Shown piece after piece: positions 63,012 to 64,000 of a stretch of DNA of 64,000 nucleotides. How positions within the stretch are numbered: position 1 is the first letter of the stretch; each line of letters starts with the position of its first letter. The notes below the pieces were generated by a model, which was given only the letters and a program-made list of their open reading frames with translations, was not told where the DNA came from and did not search any database. The stretch is from an archaeon (GTDB lineage Archaea > SpSt-1190 > DYHY01): assembly GCA_037442745.1 (NCBI GenBank), contig JBBIPP010000002.1:46363-110362 (forward strand), written 5' to 3'. Position numbers and translations under genes: made by a program.

Positions 63012-63767
63012 ATGGTCGAACTTGGCGAGCCCTTCCTGATTATTGACGAGAAAACCCAGGATTCTTTCCTAGGGAAGCTCTCGGAGAAAACACTTGTTCA
63101 GACGGGCCATGGATATGTAGATTCCCTCCACCTGAAGAACAGCTCGTTTGGGGAGCTTATCCAATCCTCAACACGGGACAATTTCCTACTCCTGAAGCCC
63201 GAACTCCCCGATTTCATCGAGAAATTGAAGAGGGGGCCCCAGATAATAACAATAAAAGATATTGCTTCTATCGCAGGATATTGCGGAATCTCTCCAGGAA
63301 AAACTGTTGTTGAAGGCGGAGGGGGTTCGGGAGCTGCGACAATTTTCCTTGCAAACCTCGTCGGAGAGTCCGGGAAAATCCACACATATGAAATAAGGGA
63401 AGATTTCATGAAACTCGTGTCTGACAATCTCTCCAAAGCAGGTCTCCTTGATAGGGTTGATTTGAAAAACGCCGACATTTACGAGGGAATCCGCGAAGAG
63501 GGTGTCGACGCAATTGTCCTCGATGTTCCGGAGCCTTGGCGCGTCTGCGCTCACGCAAAAGGAGCCCTGAAACAAGGGGGATTTCTCGCATGCTATATCC
63601 CGACGGCAAACCAAGTCGAGCGCTTGATGACTGAGCAAGAATCATTTCAGAATTTCAGGGTTTATACTGTAATAGAATACGAGTGGCAGGCAAAGGCAGG
63701 AGCAACTCGACCGAAGAACACCGGCCTAATTCACACAGGATTCATCTGCATTTCAAGGAAACTCTGA
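63012..63767 (+). CDS. trmI: tRNA (adenine57/58-N1)-methyltransferase
   Basis: KRGPQII..KD, EGGGGSGA, YEIREDF, LDVPEPW, RP......HTGF. Confidence 0.93.
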   Translation: MVELGEPFLIIDEKTQDSFLGKLSEKTLVQTGHGYVDSLHLKNSSFGELIQSSTRDNFLLLKPELPDFIEKLKRGPQIITIKDIASIAGYCGISPGKTVVEGGGGSGAATIFLANLVGESGKIHTYEIREDFMKLVSDNLSKAGLLDRVDLKNADIYEGIREEGVDAIVLDVPEPWRVCAHAKGALKQGGFLACYIPTANQVERLMTEQESFQNFRVYTVIEYEWQAKAGATRPKNTGLIHTGFICISRKL

Positions 63768-63871
63768 AACAGGATTTCTCCGGCCGAATCTGGAGATTTT
63801 ATAAAGCGCCCTCTGACAAGTTCCTTTACCGAAGAAGGCAAGGCCTCAAAAAACAACTACCCCATAAAAAA

Positions 63872-63943
63872 GCCGAAGTAGCTCAGGGGTAGAGCGCGAG
63901 ACTCATAATCTTGAGGCCGGGGGTTCGAGTCCCCCCTTCGGCA
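63872..63943 (+). tRNA. tRNA with CAT anticodon, probably elongator Met, intron-less
   Basis: GCCGAAG/CTTCGGC stem, CGAGA-CTCATAA-TCTTG; G1-C72 and no GGG/CCC anticodon stem argue against initiator; Ile2 not strictly excluded. Confidence 0.93.
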
Positions 63944-64000
63944 CTCCCTCTTCCTTCGCTTCCGGGGATTTCGCTTCCGACTCAACCCCCTTCGGCACTC
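63932..64000 (+). repeat. Duplicate of the tRNA-CAT 3' end
   Basis: cccccttcggcactc at 63932-63946 and 63986-64000 (runs off the window edge). Confidence 0.85.

Overview
Archaeal chromosomal segment, identified by TFB, ABCE1, Trm1, aCPSF1/FttA next to the proteasome beta subunit, archaeal-type ProRS, Mre11/Rad50, TrmI and three intron-less tRNA genes. The gene style suggests a DPANN-like lineage, but that is inference. About 26 kb encodes secreted, Cys-bridged, sequon-rich surface proteins in two clusters. Cluster 1 (1-14.9 kb) has two paralogous giant repeat proteins, a PGF-pre-PGF protein ending in a dockerin-like duplicated helix, and a membrane-anchored partner. Cluster 2 (31.5-42.6 kb) has large subunits sharing a WxL/pilin-like terminal strand, interleaved with three paralogous small membrane-anchored PapD/DUF916-like proteins; it is the best candidate for an undescribed surface fibre or complex assembly system. 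The window also holds four radical-SAM genes with UbiA, GT-C-like and sulfatase-like neighbours, a copper-resistance operon with a PadR-TRASH regulator and candidate operator, a decayed IS5-type transposase and an HsdR-N/PfkB double pseudo-enzyme fusion. All three tRNA genes and aCPSF1 are followed by a short duplicate of their own 3' end, two of them split by a 30-32 nt insert. All family assignments come from manual motif recognition; no searches were run.
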